Source of the DNA: Lobosporangium transversale
Taxonomy: Eukaryota
Direction: 5' to 3'
Assembly (NCBI RefSeq): GCF_002105155.1
Contig: NW_019029014.1
Coordinates: 124,001-188,000 of the forward strand
DNA length: 64,000 bases
Below, piece after piece: positions 52,567-64,000 of this stretch. A model generated the notes under the pieces. It was given only the letters and a program-made list of their open reading frames with translations, had not been told where the DNA came from and made no database searches. The translations under genes and the position numbers were made by a program. Each line of letters starts with the position of its first letter. Positions within the stretch are counted from its first letter, which is position 1.

Positions 52567-55500
52567 ATGTGGTTCATTGTAGGACAAGAACGTTTAGCAG
52601 GTAAAACCATTGCATGCTCCTAGTCACAATGACAATCGGAATGATTGGAAATGGAAGTTATTTTTTTTGAGAGGGCTCATGTAGAATACTTTTTTTTTTT
52701 TTTTTTTTTTTTTTTCTGTATTTTTCCATTAGGCCTTCGCCTCTGGCTCAAACCAGAGGTTACTATAACAGTAGGAAGACAGACAGCTGGCAAGTGTCCT
52801 TGATACGTCTGTTTACAATGGACGTCTTTAAAACCCCTCGAGTCTAATAGTCCTATGGATTTTTTATGAATGGAGTAGATGACATCTTGTGTCTTGGAAG
52901 TGGGGATATTTCAGTTGGGAGGAGGCATGCAACCATCACTGTAGGCAAGCCTACGATGCAAAGTGTGGTAGGTATTTGACCATTGATTATGCGTTTCATG
53001 TTCAATCATCCTGTCTGTGAAGTCTGGTCTATTGAGGTGCTTTCCTACCAATATTCAAATTAGCGCATGCGAGGCGAGCATACAAAATTGATCATCCGTG
53101 ACTTGAGCTCCAAACACGGTGTCTATGTAGACAAAGAACGAATTGAGCCTGCTCAAGATGTAGAGGTCATCATTAAAGAAGATCACTTATGGACGACGTT
53201 GGACAATAGACATATTGCTGGAAGAGGTTATGGCGGCTATGTGAATGTAAAGATTGGCGATATGACCTCATTTAGATTAGAAAGAGTAGACTGGAGTTTA
53301 TGTTCTCAGGCATTGACTGCTCAAGCAAAAGTTGGCATCGTTGGTTTAGCAGCTGAGATTGGTAGGAGATAAAGCTATCTTATTATGACAAGACCTGCAA
53401 ATAGGCTGATAATTCGAAACCCTAACCAGCCTGAATTGTCACTCTTTATTTCTTATTTTTTATTTTTTTATACCAATGTTTAGACTGCAAAGTCGAAGAA
53501 TCATGGGTGCCCGGGGCCTCAACCCATCTTATCGTCGGTAAAGCCAACCGAAGCGAAAAACTTTACCTGGCACTTGCAGAAGGAGGCTATTTAGTGAACA
53601 CAGATTGGCTAAAGGCTGTGGAAGCATCGTTCAAAGACTCATGGGACTCAAAGGGTTTGAAAGATGCACAGACTCTTGAAACTTCTTATCCTGCGCCAGT
53701 TCCAGCTATTTTTCAACACTCGAATGTCCGATGGACACCAACTCATACGCGGAGAAAATTGTTTCGGCATCATCGCTTCATATCCGTCACTAAAGCAAAG
53801 GTTAGCCTCAAACACTGGCGGATTTTCATGGATTGCTGTTAAAGATGAATATATTTTAATACCGTGCAATTACTCTACGAAATTGCTACCACTGAGCTCA
53901 TAGTTGCTGTCTTCATCATGTGTATAGTATCAGAATGTGGACCAGGTGATTAGATGCGCTGGCGGAGACCTCACAGCCACGGATGCTGCGTCTTCCTTGA
54001 AATTGATTAACGAATGCTTGACATCAACGATGATTCCAGTGTTCTTACAGCCACATAAGGAAGAAGAAATCATTCAGAGCTTTTCCAAGTTAGATAGTAT
54101 TTTGAATAGGTAAGCTTTCATTAACATTACTAGTACTGCTTGCTCTTATTGAAGAGTTACCTTCCTCATTAACTGACACGGTGTACATGAACGAACTACT
54201 GTACAGGATGGGATATCGCTGGGTACGTGAGGATGAAATCGGGATGGCTATCATAAGTGCGTCAACTGAAAGATATTGTAACCCCAAGTATTTGGAACCA
54301 TTGCAGGCGATGGAGGTGATGGCATCCTTACATAGTACTCAATTATCCTTAAATGATTACTCATCAACAGAGGAGCCTCCAGTGTCGACAGCCTCAACTC
54401 TAAGCAGGAGCGGCTCAACGGTTGGCTTTAACAAAGAAGCCCCTCGCGTCATCGATAGTGATAACGATAACGACCTGGAAGCGTCACTCAGCTTTTCGCA
54501 ATTGATGGCCCCTACTAAAAAATTCAATCGCACGGGAACAATAGCGGCTACCAAACCTCAGGAGACTACCAAATCTGAGTCTCCAAAGCCTCCATCTTCT
54601 CAAAAGCCAGCCAAGAAAAAGGTACAGAGCCATATAAACATTCACGTTAAATAAGACGTTCGGCGTAATATAACTCTTGAAGCACTGTTATATCTAACTT
54701 GCTGGGATCTGAATTAGACCAAAACTGATCGTATGGCAATGTTTTTTGATGGACTGGAAGATGATGAGAATGTTATTGGCGTGGATACATCATCGGCTAG
54801 CGCTAGTGTGGCGGATTCCCATGGCATGACATCGAACGCGTCATCATCGGTCCTGGTTGAGTCAACGGATAGTGGCTATCGTGGGTCTGAGCTAGGAGAG
54901 CAGATTGACACTGACGAATCTGTGAATATCATTCCCGCCATTGATGAGAAAAAACACTACGAAGAGTCACAAGCGATGAAAAATGATAAGGCAGAAGAAT
55001 TAATTCAAAAGGAAGATCTGGAGACCAAACCCATGAGCAGGATTACGGCCGCTTCAACTAAGGATGATACCGCCATTAAGGTTGAGCCTAAGTCTCAATC
55101 ATTGTCGCTCTCAACCAAAGCGAGTTCTAATCCGAGCTCAAGTTCGAGAAGGAAACCTAGTACTTTTGATGGAGTCAGAGAGGACATGATGGCATTAAAG
55201 TTAGATACAAAAGTAGGGCGACAAAAGGATTTTATTGATGAGAAAGAGCGACAGAAATTATTAGAAGTCCAAAGATTAGATGAAAAGGCAAAAGGGGATA
55301 GAAGTAAGCTTATGCAATCAGAGTGGAGTGAAAATCTTACTAAAAGCAAGCGCCGCAAACTTGGGAAGAAGAAAGAAGGAGATCCTCCAGATAGCCTCGA
55401 GGTGAGTCGAGGGACGAGTCGTGAAGACAGATCAGCCAGTATTCAAATTTTAAGTGAAGCTGACAAAAAAGATTGGTCTGAACGATGGAAGAGTATGCCA

Positions 55501-55932
55501 AACTTTAAAGCTTTCCGAAAGGTAACTGATAATTGCTATATTGCTCATATGTCGATTTAATCCACCAGTATCCTAATCTTCGTTAATTGCTCGTGTTCAA
55601 TGCGCCTTAGGCTACCGTAGCAGGGGTACGTGTCAAAAGTCGGGGGCCGACGCCTCTCATGCTAGATGGTGAGATCGTAGTCAAACACGAAGAAACCATC
55701 AAAAAGAGTAAGTTGGATTGGTGGATCGCCGAAATTGATTATCTATCTAGGTACCATCAGATAGCTGGATGTACTAATTAAAGTACCGTTTACACCTACC
55801 GATGACTTAGTTGGCCAATACCTGAAGCGAGAGCCAAAAGAGCCAACAATGCCTTCAGTAAAGCCTCTGCGAAAGAAAGGCGAAGCCCAAATGGCAAAAG
55901 ACGATATCAAAATATTACTAGCGAATGAATGA
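52567..55932 (+). CDS. NBS1: Nibrin/Nbs1-like MRN subunit (FHA-BRCT, Mre11-binding motif)
   Basis: Starts MWFI; FHA motifs TVGR..DISVGRRHATI..IRDLSSKHGVYV; BRCT-like STHLIV..LYLALAEGGYLVNTDWL; late PNFKAFRK Mre11-interaction motif; many GT/GC-AG introns. Confidence 0.85.
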
Positions 55933-56075
55933 ATTTTTTTTTTTTTTTTTTTTTTTTTTCACTGAAAGTGTATAGTTTCGTCAAAGCATGGCTAAAAAAA
56001 AAAAAAAAAAAAAAATGAAATGCAGAGTGAATGGATGGCTTTATTTTATTATTAATTGAAAGGCTAGAAAAACTT

Positions 56076-57257
56076 TTAGAAACGGTTTGTTATTGTTGAT
56101 GAAGAATGCCCATAGACCGCACTGCTGCTACTTGAATAAGACTGCTGCCCACCATAGGTACTACTGGGAGTGTTTTGGTACTCATGTTCATGCGCACTTT
56201 CATGCGCATGTCCGTAATTACTATTCCTGCTACTTGGACGTGATACGGAAAATTCTGGTCTAAGCTGATTTTTCTCAGGGTTGAAAGATGTATAGACTGG
56301 TCCTGCAGTTGTTGTTGAGGATGAAGATGGAGAGAGAAAAGGAGTACCTGGACGACTCGATGATCCCAAGGAGCCAGCGAACCCAGAGTATTGGGGTGTT
56401 TCAACAACAGCTGGCAATACTGTATCCTTCTTGTTCAGCATAGCGCCAAAAAGAGATTTGAGAATACCATTCTTCTTTTGCTTACTATCTTGCTGCGATT
56501 TGTCAAAGCTCGGCAGCGCGTTGTCATTGGCACTGAGAGAGATAAAATAGGCAAATGGGACCATCCACACACAGATTCCAAAGAAACTGGCAATGCTGGC
56601 AAAGGTGTGGTAATGGCGAGAGAAGTACTGGAACCACATGAAATGATCAACTAGAACAAGAACTGATCCCCAATAGGTTTATAATAGATAACTCAGTCTT
56701 TATAAATCTGTTCCTGTCAAAATAAAATAAAATAAAATAAAAAAAAAACTTACCACAGCTGAGAAGGAAAGGAACGCTTGTAAGGCTAATGAAAGGAAAA
56801 TTGGTAAGATTAAAGCTGTAGACGGCATGGCATCCAAGCGAGAATAAGATTTTTGTGAAGGGCAGACCATCCAGAAGCCATAATGAGATGTGAAGGACTA
56901 CAACCACCTATTGGAATATCAATAAAAATAAGTTAAGTGTTCGCTGTTCCTGCTCTTTTCTTTTTCTTTTTCTTTTTCTTGTTTATTTTTTATTTACCAT
57001 TGTAAGGCCTTTGATAATCTTTTTTGTCCAAACTGTGTATTCTTCAACAAGCTCCGCCATGTAGTAAAGCCCACATGCTATCCAGTTGATAGATCGGTCA
57101 ATAAGTATATCGCTTTTGGTGTTCTTTTTTCTTTCTCCAGTGTTTCCGCAAGTTATCTTTTTGTTGGGAGAAACTTACCAAGCGACAAAGTAGTGAACAA
57201 AAAGGCGAGTACTGCTCCTGCAAAGGAGATCAGTGTGAAGGTGAAGCCAGTTGGCAT
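56076..57257 (-). CDS. SVP26: Svp26/TEX261 (Erv26 domain) ER-Golgi cargo adaptor
   Basis: FLFTTLSL|ACGLYYMAELVEEYTVWTKKII...DHFMWFQYF...FFGICVWMVPFAYFISLSANDNALP. Confidence 0.92.
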
Positions 57258-57936
57258 AATTGATGTAACTAAGTATAGATGAAGTTTGCTAATGTCGATC
57301 CTAAATCTATCCTTGTGCGCGTTTCAATTGTTTAATCTCTTTCCTTGCAGAATTTACATCAGGCACTGGAAAAAAAAAAAGAAACAGCTTTTGCACTGAC
57401 AAAGTCGTTCACAATGCTTCAGCACTGATTCACGATTTTGTGACTGATTTTTAAATCCTTTGAATAGGGGCGAGCACTTGGTTTGTCAGGAACCAGGAAA
57501 AGATGCGACAAAATATTTTGCGTGAGTTGTTTTCTGCTATGACTATCGAAGCTTTGATTACCTTTAAGAACCGCAGTGATTGATACTCTGTCATCATTAA
57601 GCGCACTGGGGTTGACTATGAGGGAGGATGGCTGGAGTTTATGCTCGCTCAACAGTGACAGATAGTGTGTGTGTTGCATTGCAACATGATCAATGCCCAA
57701 AACTAGAAAATGAAGGACTTTTATAACAAAAAAAAAAAAAAAAAAAAAGATATGGACAGACGTAGTCATTTTTCTATAAACTGGATGTTGGCAATCTCTG
57801 AACAGATATGTGAATTGAACTTTTCATGCAAACGTTTGTCCTACCACAAGAGAAATAGAACGTATTGCACATGATCGATCCGTGCGTGTGCTGAATAAAA
57901 GCGTGTCATCTTCGATCGTGCCAGTAATAATCAAAC

Positions 57937-60375
57937 ATGGAAGACAATCATCAACGCGTCAGTAACGACGCTAACCGCGACAACAATGATAGCCCAAGCA
58001 GCCAGGCTAAGAATGGCAACCAAAGTGTCGCCAAAATCGATCCGCTTACCATTCCGGAGATCTTAATGGAAATCATGACATTCTTGGACAGGCCTTCGCT
58101 TTATGAATGTGCGGAGGTCTCACGTTTCTGGAGGCTCCATGCCATATCTATAATCAAACATACCTACAAAGCCCGTATTGAGGACCTTTGTACTCCTACA
58201 CCTCAATTTCGAGATGTCGATAGTTGCAATAACATCGACGACGACATCGAAGAGGATAAAGGAAATCACACCAACTCTGAAAAGCTACAAGAGTTTTCCC
58301 ACATCTGTCCCAACGTAGAAATTCTCGAGATAAATATGAGCTGTAATCCCCTGCTCGACCTTGATATGTGGAAAAGACACGAGAACCAGTTCATCTTTAA
58401 CCGTTTAGTCCGCCTCAACTTTTGTCTCTGTCTTGACCACCTACACGACGGATTTTTCAGTCTTTTGCCCTCGATTGTGTCCAAGGCTCGATGGCTCCGT
58501 GAATTGGAAATAATAGCAGAATTTTCTTGCAATGCTTATGACATGGACGACAATATTATGTCAACACTGAAGTCTACAATGGCCAGTGCAAGGTCTTGTT
58601 CTGGAACGGAATTACTTGGAGGGATGCGAAGGCCCTTGAAGCGATTTTTCACTTTTACGGATAAATTTCGTCACGACATATATCTTCCAATGATTTTTTG
58701 GGCGCTTTTAGAGACTACCGAGGATTCATTGTCGGATTCACTGTCGGATTCAGGCAGCAATCCCATGGATAGCAATGATAACACCTATAATATTGCCAAC
58801 ATAAATAACCACGGCGCTCTGGAGGAATTGAAAATTATCAGCACAAGAGTGCCTGAACCTTGCCGCTATCCAAAGCTGGATTTTAATCTTAGATACCACG
58901 GTCTTAGGAACACTAAATGTACTACAGTTGCATTGCGGTCACTCGTCATCATCAATTTTGAGAACCGTAACCTGTACAATCCCTATACAAACAACTTCTA
59001 CACCGTGAATTTTCCTCCTCCTGATAACGCAGCGCCAGAATCCAACTGCTCAATTCTCAGCATTCTAGGTCGATGTCCTTTACTAGAAAATCTATGCATA
59101 TCATTCGATCTTAGTCTTCTCAACAACAGAAGGCATAAGGCGTATGATATCCAAACGACTCTTCATGACCTTTTTTGTTTAAGTCACACTGAGAATTGGG
59201 TTTATACCTATGACAATTTTGTCGCAAAGATGCACGAGTACTGTCCTAGACTAAGATCGATTGATTTCGCACTCAAATACGATCTGACATCTGAACACTG
59301 GATCGAAATGATGGATCGATATGGACCTCAGCTGGAGTCACTTAATATCTTTGGTGTCCGCAAATTCACAGTTATGTCGCTCTTGACCTTGATTGGCCCT
59401 CCTATCAATCATCCTATCCGAACGTTGTCAACCGAAAACATGCACCGTCTGACATCGCTGAATGTCAATGGTAATAGCGAGCTGGAAAAGGGTGCCTTCA
59501 TGATCTTCAAGCATTTGAGGGCACTCAAGGCTCTGCATGCTCGAGAAATCTCCTTAGATGCATCCTTCCTAATTGGGTTTGACTGGGTATTCAAGGATAT
59601 AGAGACGCTTGAGATTCGTGTGGGTATTCCGGAACGACACAAGGAGCCTGACCACCCTTGTCAAAACTACACTTGGGATGATGATGAAGGCCACTGGTAT
59701 CAATGTGAGGATAGGTCGCATAGCTTTGTCGCAAATTTTCAAGAGAGATATGTACCAAGGTGGCGGTCTTGCAGCGGCATTTATGTGGATGATTTTATGA
59801 GGAGCCGTGTTCACGAGAAAGAAGAAGAAGAAAGTAACAAAGGATCCAATGACGACTTCGGCTTGAGCAAGCTGGGCCTAGAAGACTACCAAAGACATGT
59901 TCAGATCAAAATTTGTGAGCAACTCGGCCGCTTAACTAAGCTCAAGTGGTTGGCATTAGAAGGGTCAGTAAATAAGCGCTTCGGCTGTTTGGAACTGACA
60001 TTGGAGACTGGTTTGGATCGGTTGAAGCCTCTGCGACAGAACTTGGAAAGGCTCTATTTGTACCAACTTGACGAGAAGCTTTGCTTACGTAGAAAGGAGG
60101 TTGAGTGGATTGCACAGAATTGGATCCATTACAACAACAAAAGGTGGCTACGGGAACATGCTCCTGAATTACTTGCACTAGAAGATAGGTCTCCACCATA
60201 CAACGAGGGACGGGATTATTTCTTTCCATCTCCAAAATTGCAGTTACTTGCGGGTATCACGATAAAATGTCCTAATGATCCGTCCGGGGTTTCTAGGCTC
60301 TCGAATTTGGATTGGTTGTGTGCTGAATGCCCAGGACTCGAGATCATTACAGATACAGAAGACACAGACAGTTGA
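57937..60375 (+). CDS. F-box-like / RNI-like protein, single exon, 812 aa
   Basis: DPLTIPEILMEIMTFLDRPSLYECAEVSRFW (F-box-like); C-terminal QLGRLTKLKWL..LELTLETGLDRLKPL..KEVEWIAQNW typical of a lineage-expanded fungal F-box family. Confidence 0.8.
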   Translation: MEDNHQRVSNDANRDNNDSPSSQAKNGNQSVAKIDPLTIPEILMEIMTFLDRPSLYECAEVSRFWRLHAISIIKHTYKARIEDLCTPTPQFRDVDSCNNIDDDIEEDKGNHTNSEKLQEFSHICPNVEILEINMSCNPLLDLDMWKRHENQFIFNRLVRLNFCLCLDHLHDGFFSLLPSIVSKARWLRELEIIAEFSCNAYDMDDNIMSTLKSTMASARSCSGTELLGGMRRPLKRFFTFTDKFRHDIYLPMIFWALLETTEDSLSDSLSDSGSNPMDSNDNTYNIANINNHGALEELKIISTRVPEPCRYPKLDFNLRYHGLRNTKCTTVALRSLVIINFENRNLYNPYTNNFYTVNFPPPDNAAPESNCSILSILGRCPLLENLCISFDLSLLNNRRHKAYDIQTTLHDLFCLSHTENWVYTYDNFVAKMHEYCPRLRSIDFALKYDLTSEHWIEMMDRYGPQLESLNIFGVRKFTVMSLLTLIGPPINHPIRTLSTENMHRLTSLNVNGNSELEKGAFMIFKHLRALKALHAREISLDASFLIGFDWVFKDIETLEIRVGIPERHKEPDHPCQNYTWDDDEGHWYQCEDRSHSFVANFQERYVPRWRSCSGIYVDDFMRSRVHEKEEEESNKGSNDDFGLSKLGLEDYQRHVQIKICEQLGRLTKLKWLALEGSVNKRFGCLELTLETGLDRLKPLRQNLERLYLYQLDEKLCLRRKEVEWIAQNWIHYNNKRWLREHAPELLALEDRSPPYNEGRDYFFPSPKLQLLAGITIKCPNDPSGVSRLSNLDWLCAECPGLEIITDTEDTDS

Positions 60376-60504
60376 GGGAAGTTATTGGAAAAATAAAGTT
60401 ATAAAATGATCTATGTGGATGTGGCGAAAGCAATGTTCACCGCGAGGAAAGTAATCGTCTCCAATCTCTTTCTTTTCCGTTTTCCATTTATTAATGGGGA
60501 GGTT

Positions 60505-60545
<41 letters not shown>

Positions 60546-60598
60546 TATGCCCAAAACTCTGGACAGTACTCAAACCAAAGGTCCAGAATATTATTAGG

Positions 60599-60676
60599 GA
60601 GGCACCGACGCTCGATGTCCGACTCTAGGACGGTCCAAAGCACTAAATGAACGGGATGTCAGGAGAATAATGTGCT
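60599..60676 (+). mobile_element. Tc1 transposase remnant
   Basis: GTDARCPTLGRSKALNERDVRRIM aligns with GTTACTPIPGRPKVLSERDLRSIV of the 19996-21006 transposase; DNA similarity to about 20137-20210 is also visible. Confidence 0.65.
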
Positions 60677-61003
60677 AGACTTAACAAAGCAGCGGAGCTC
60701 AAGGATTTATACTTGAGCTACTATGGGCTTGAAGAGTGCGAACAAATGAAACGATTTTTGTCTCCGCAGCATAAAAGCGTATGTGATTCTGGTATGTCAT
60801 CCAAAAAGGGGTATATATGTTAGTAAAACAGATGATAAGCTAAGCGAATCAGCTAAGCATTTAGGGCGTATTGGCTCTTGAAGGCCCTTTTTAGTACTCT
60901 GGCAAATAAAGGATGCCCTTGATTCCGATGACAAAAAACAGTTCTTTAATTTTCATTTGAATTAAGGTGTAGATGCTAAACTTTTTTCTGGGTAAAATTG
61001 CAT

Positions 61004-61931
61004 TTAGTAAACGTACTCCTGCATCTTTTTCCAGTAATTGAGCATGATTTGATCATCAAAGGCCTCCAAGATGCCTTCCTTGAAATCGTTGGGGGAACAC
61101 GAGTTGAACCACATGAAGCTCGCTCCAAGCACGAAATCTGCCCATCCAGCTGAATAAAATAAATCGCATGAGCGAGTGGCATCTTTTTTTTTTTTTTTTT
61201 TTTTTTTTAATATCGTATATTAGCATTAGCAGCAATATAATGACTTACGTTGGGGTCCTAGGATCCAGTCACCGGACTGTAGTGCTGTGTGGACCAATCC
61301 AAGACTTTCTTTGAGTTCTCTCAAATTCTGGTTACGGTCTCCTGCAATCAAATGGTGAGGTTGGCCAGAACTCTTCTCGCGAGATGTTCTAAAGTAGTCT
61401 GCGTTCTTTTCGTCCTGCATGCTATACATGTCGTTATAGACCATTCGTCGGATCGGTGGATGGATTTTGGATTGAACATAGGATTCGAAGAACCGCTGCA
61501 GGTTCTTCTCCGAGATGTTCTTGCCAAAGAGCAGCGGTCGATCTGGATATTGCTCTTCTATATACTCTGCGATCGCGAAACTATCAGGCAGTCCATTTCC
61601 AGGCTCGAGCTGCAATGTAGGTACTGTGGGTGATATCACGTTTGGACTGAAAGAGACATCGTCAATAGATGTGCAGGATAGGAAAAAAAAAAAAATTGTT
61701 TTTTTTTAGGTTTTGGAGTCAGGTTAAGAATCGCTGAAGGAGACAACCCTAATGTTATCCTTACCATGCAGCTGTAATGACAGTTGGGATCTCGAGAAAA
61801 GTAAGAGGTACAGATTCATATGTAATCTTCTTGTAGTTGAGCGCAAACTTGGCACGCCATACCGCTGGTGAAAAGGAAACCTTGCGAGTCTTGCTGTCCA
61901 CCAGTTCGAACAACTTGAGATCAACGGTCAT
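61004..61931 (-). CDS. Glutathione S-transferase-like protein (GST_N_3 / LigE-like), three exons
   Basis: SFSPAVWRAKFALNYKKITYE, TVPTL, DSFAIAEYIEEQYPDRP, GWADFVLG. Confidence 0.85.
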
Positions 61932-61974
61932 GTTTTTTTCCTTTGGAGAGATCGTAAGATTTAAATGATGTTTG

Positions 61975-62008
<34 letters not shown>

Positions 62009-63650
62009 TTATTGAGCTTTTTTATATGAGTGTGTTGCCTGGAAGATGGAATGAAGAGAGGAAAAAAAGGAGGGCCCTTTTGAGGAGTAAGGAATAGGCA
62101 CACCGTTGAAGCTTTCCTCTCCCCCTTTATTGTTAAGGTACAGGGATGTCGATGAAGGGACAGATGAGGCTCGAACGGTGCTCTAGCCGAGGAGATCTTG
62201 TTAAAGTTGCATGAACGGGTATATGAATAAGGTATGTATGTATACATTTGTTTGCATGATAAATAATAAGGAATAAGGCCCCAAATCATTTCTTTGATAA
62301 GAAAAAAAAAAAAAAAAAAAAAGGTTATGCTGTAGATCCCTACCTTCAATACCGCCTTTCAATTTGCCCCCTTCGCCGCCAGACCAAAACCCAGAGTCAT
62401 ATGCAGGTCCAGAAACATTTGCTCCTGATGCGGCCCATGAAGGTATTGAAACTTGGAAGTACTGTTTAATATCAGAAATGTCCGGCAAATAACACATCTG
62501 TTGTTGAACCGACTCAGCCAAAATGAAGACTATGGCAGCTATATTAACCAAGCTGGACATGATATGCTTGTGCAGTAGCGTCAGCGTCCTTTCCTGCATC
62601 GGCTTTAGGGAATCTTTCACCACCTTTTATAGAAAAGGAGGAGAAAAGATGATACTGATATCGTAGAAACAAGCCCGTAACTGCCTGGGTTATCTTCGGG
62701 CGCTTATGTGGAGGAATGTGCCCAATGGCCTCTATATACATCCTTTTTACTTCAAGAAGGCCTTGGACTTGTGCAAAGCCCAACAATGGTAATGTTACTA
62801 AAGCCGCTCTAAAGCTTCTCACAAACCGGTCATAGTTTAAGAAACAGTTCATAACTCGAGTCGAGTAAGAACCAGCTTTTTTTTTATCCTCAAGATACTA
62901 AAGATGTTCGTAGAGGCACCAGATGGTTGGCTACATTGGCTTCAAGTACCAAATCTCCACGCGTTGACTATAGCTCCTATTAGAGTATAGAGAACAGCTC
63001 TGCTACCGCAGCCCGGGTGTATATTGATCGCAACATCTACATATCTCAAATCATGACCTAGACCTCAGAAATCAGCAAGGGCCCGCTAGGCTCAAGCCGC
63101 AAGCAGCTGTTTCTGATGGGTTGGCGGAAACTAGCACATTTACATTTTTAAGCGACTGATTTCGCTTTGCCGGTGCAAGTAAATTATATACGACCTACTT
63201 TTAATTAATAAAATCGTTTTCCATTCAATGATTTTATGTAGTATGAATGTTATTAGCAGTTATAATAAAAAATTACAACTCCACGTTGCAGAAAATATTT
63301 TTCAGTCGTGTTGCCTCTAGGGGTCACACGTGTGCAAGGAATTTTGGTTTGACGTGTCAAAATAAACTGCCAGCATTACATGCGTAGCATATAAAGCAGC
63401 ATTTAAAAAATATCGTCGTGCCCCATCGATGCTACCTCTCTTCCTCACATTTGCCTTTCTCCCTTTTTTCCCTTGTTCCTTCTCCTCCCCCTAGCCCTTT
63501 GGACTGCAAATCTATATTATCCACGGGGAACCGTTAGTCACCACTATCAAGAAAATCATATCCCTTACATAAGTGTTAATAATTGATTAGTAACTAATAA
63601 CGCCATCTCTCTATCAAAGAAGCATTTTAAAGCACCTTATCAGTTCCTAA

Positions 63651-64000
63651 ATGATGATGCTACAGTACCAGCGCTTCCGGCTTGGTGGGCGGGTCGAGGA
63701 GATTGAAGTCGAAACCAATCCAAAGACGGGACAACAATATGTTCTTTTACGCGATGTACAGGATGTGTTCCCGACTGCATGTCGCTTCGAGTTAGATGGA
63801 CGACCCGTTAAGTTCCAAAGCGATGAGCAAGGGCATAGGTGGGTCTCATTACAGCCTCCGACCTTACCATCGCTCTCATTGGTGGTTATTAAAATCAAAA
63901 AGTTGTTTTCATCTACTAACGCCTTATTCGCTTTGTATCCAATGTTGAATTTCAAATGCGGTTGAAAAAGGTTGGAGCCGTGGCGAATCGCATGCCATTT
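63651..64000 (+). CDS. 5' end of a gene with a lineage-typical N-terminal 'header' domain (runs off the window)
   Basis: YQRFRL..TNPKTGQQYVLLRDVQDVFP..FQSDEQGHR, then intron GTGGGT...AAAAG, then LEPWRIACH in frame. Confidence 0.6.

Noticed and set aside
62201..62852. Two overlapping minus-strand ORFs (140 and 102 aa)
   Set aside because: No recognisable motif or clear start/splice structure; could be a relic but I cannot support a call.

Overview
AT-rich, intron-containing fungal genomic DNA with long poly-A/T runs; gene content and the F-box and 'header-domain' families suggest Mortierellaceae/Mucoromycota (inference). Ordinary genes: UMP-CMP kinase, GPI-type chitin deacetylase, RPL3, FAD monooxygenase, MFS transporter, Rad5/HLTF-like SNF2-RING helicase, Ssn6/Cyc8, two-finger GATA factor, IMPACT/Yih1, Nbs1, Svp26, GST and F-box proteins. 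The standout region is about 15.9-22.8 kb. It holds a multi-exon gene (21273->16037, - strand, roughly 1,200 aa when reconstructed) that fuses an N-terminal XPG/FEN1-type PIN 5'-nuclease to a C-terminal Fanzor/TnpB-type RuvC and Zn ribbon. A ~140-nt structured non-coding segment follows it and recurs, with pairing-preserving changes, downstream of a second, divergently oriented and heavily decayed paralog; this is a candidate omegaRNA scaffold. A 1,333-bp Tc1/mariner element (29-bp TIRs, TA duplication) sits in codon 22 of the fusion gene and could in principle be spliced out in frame. The fusion copy here has several lesions and is probably a pseudogene. A 119-bp hAT-like MITE and a Tc1 fragment occur elsewhere. 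All calls come from manual translation and motif recognition; no searches were run.
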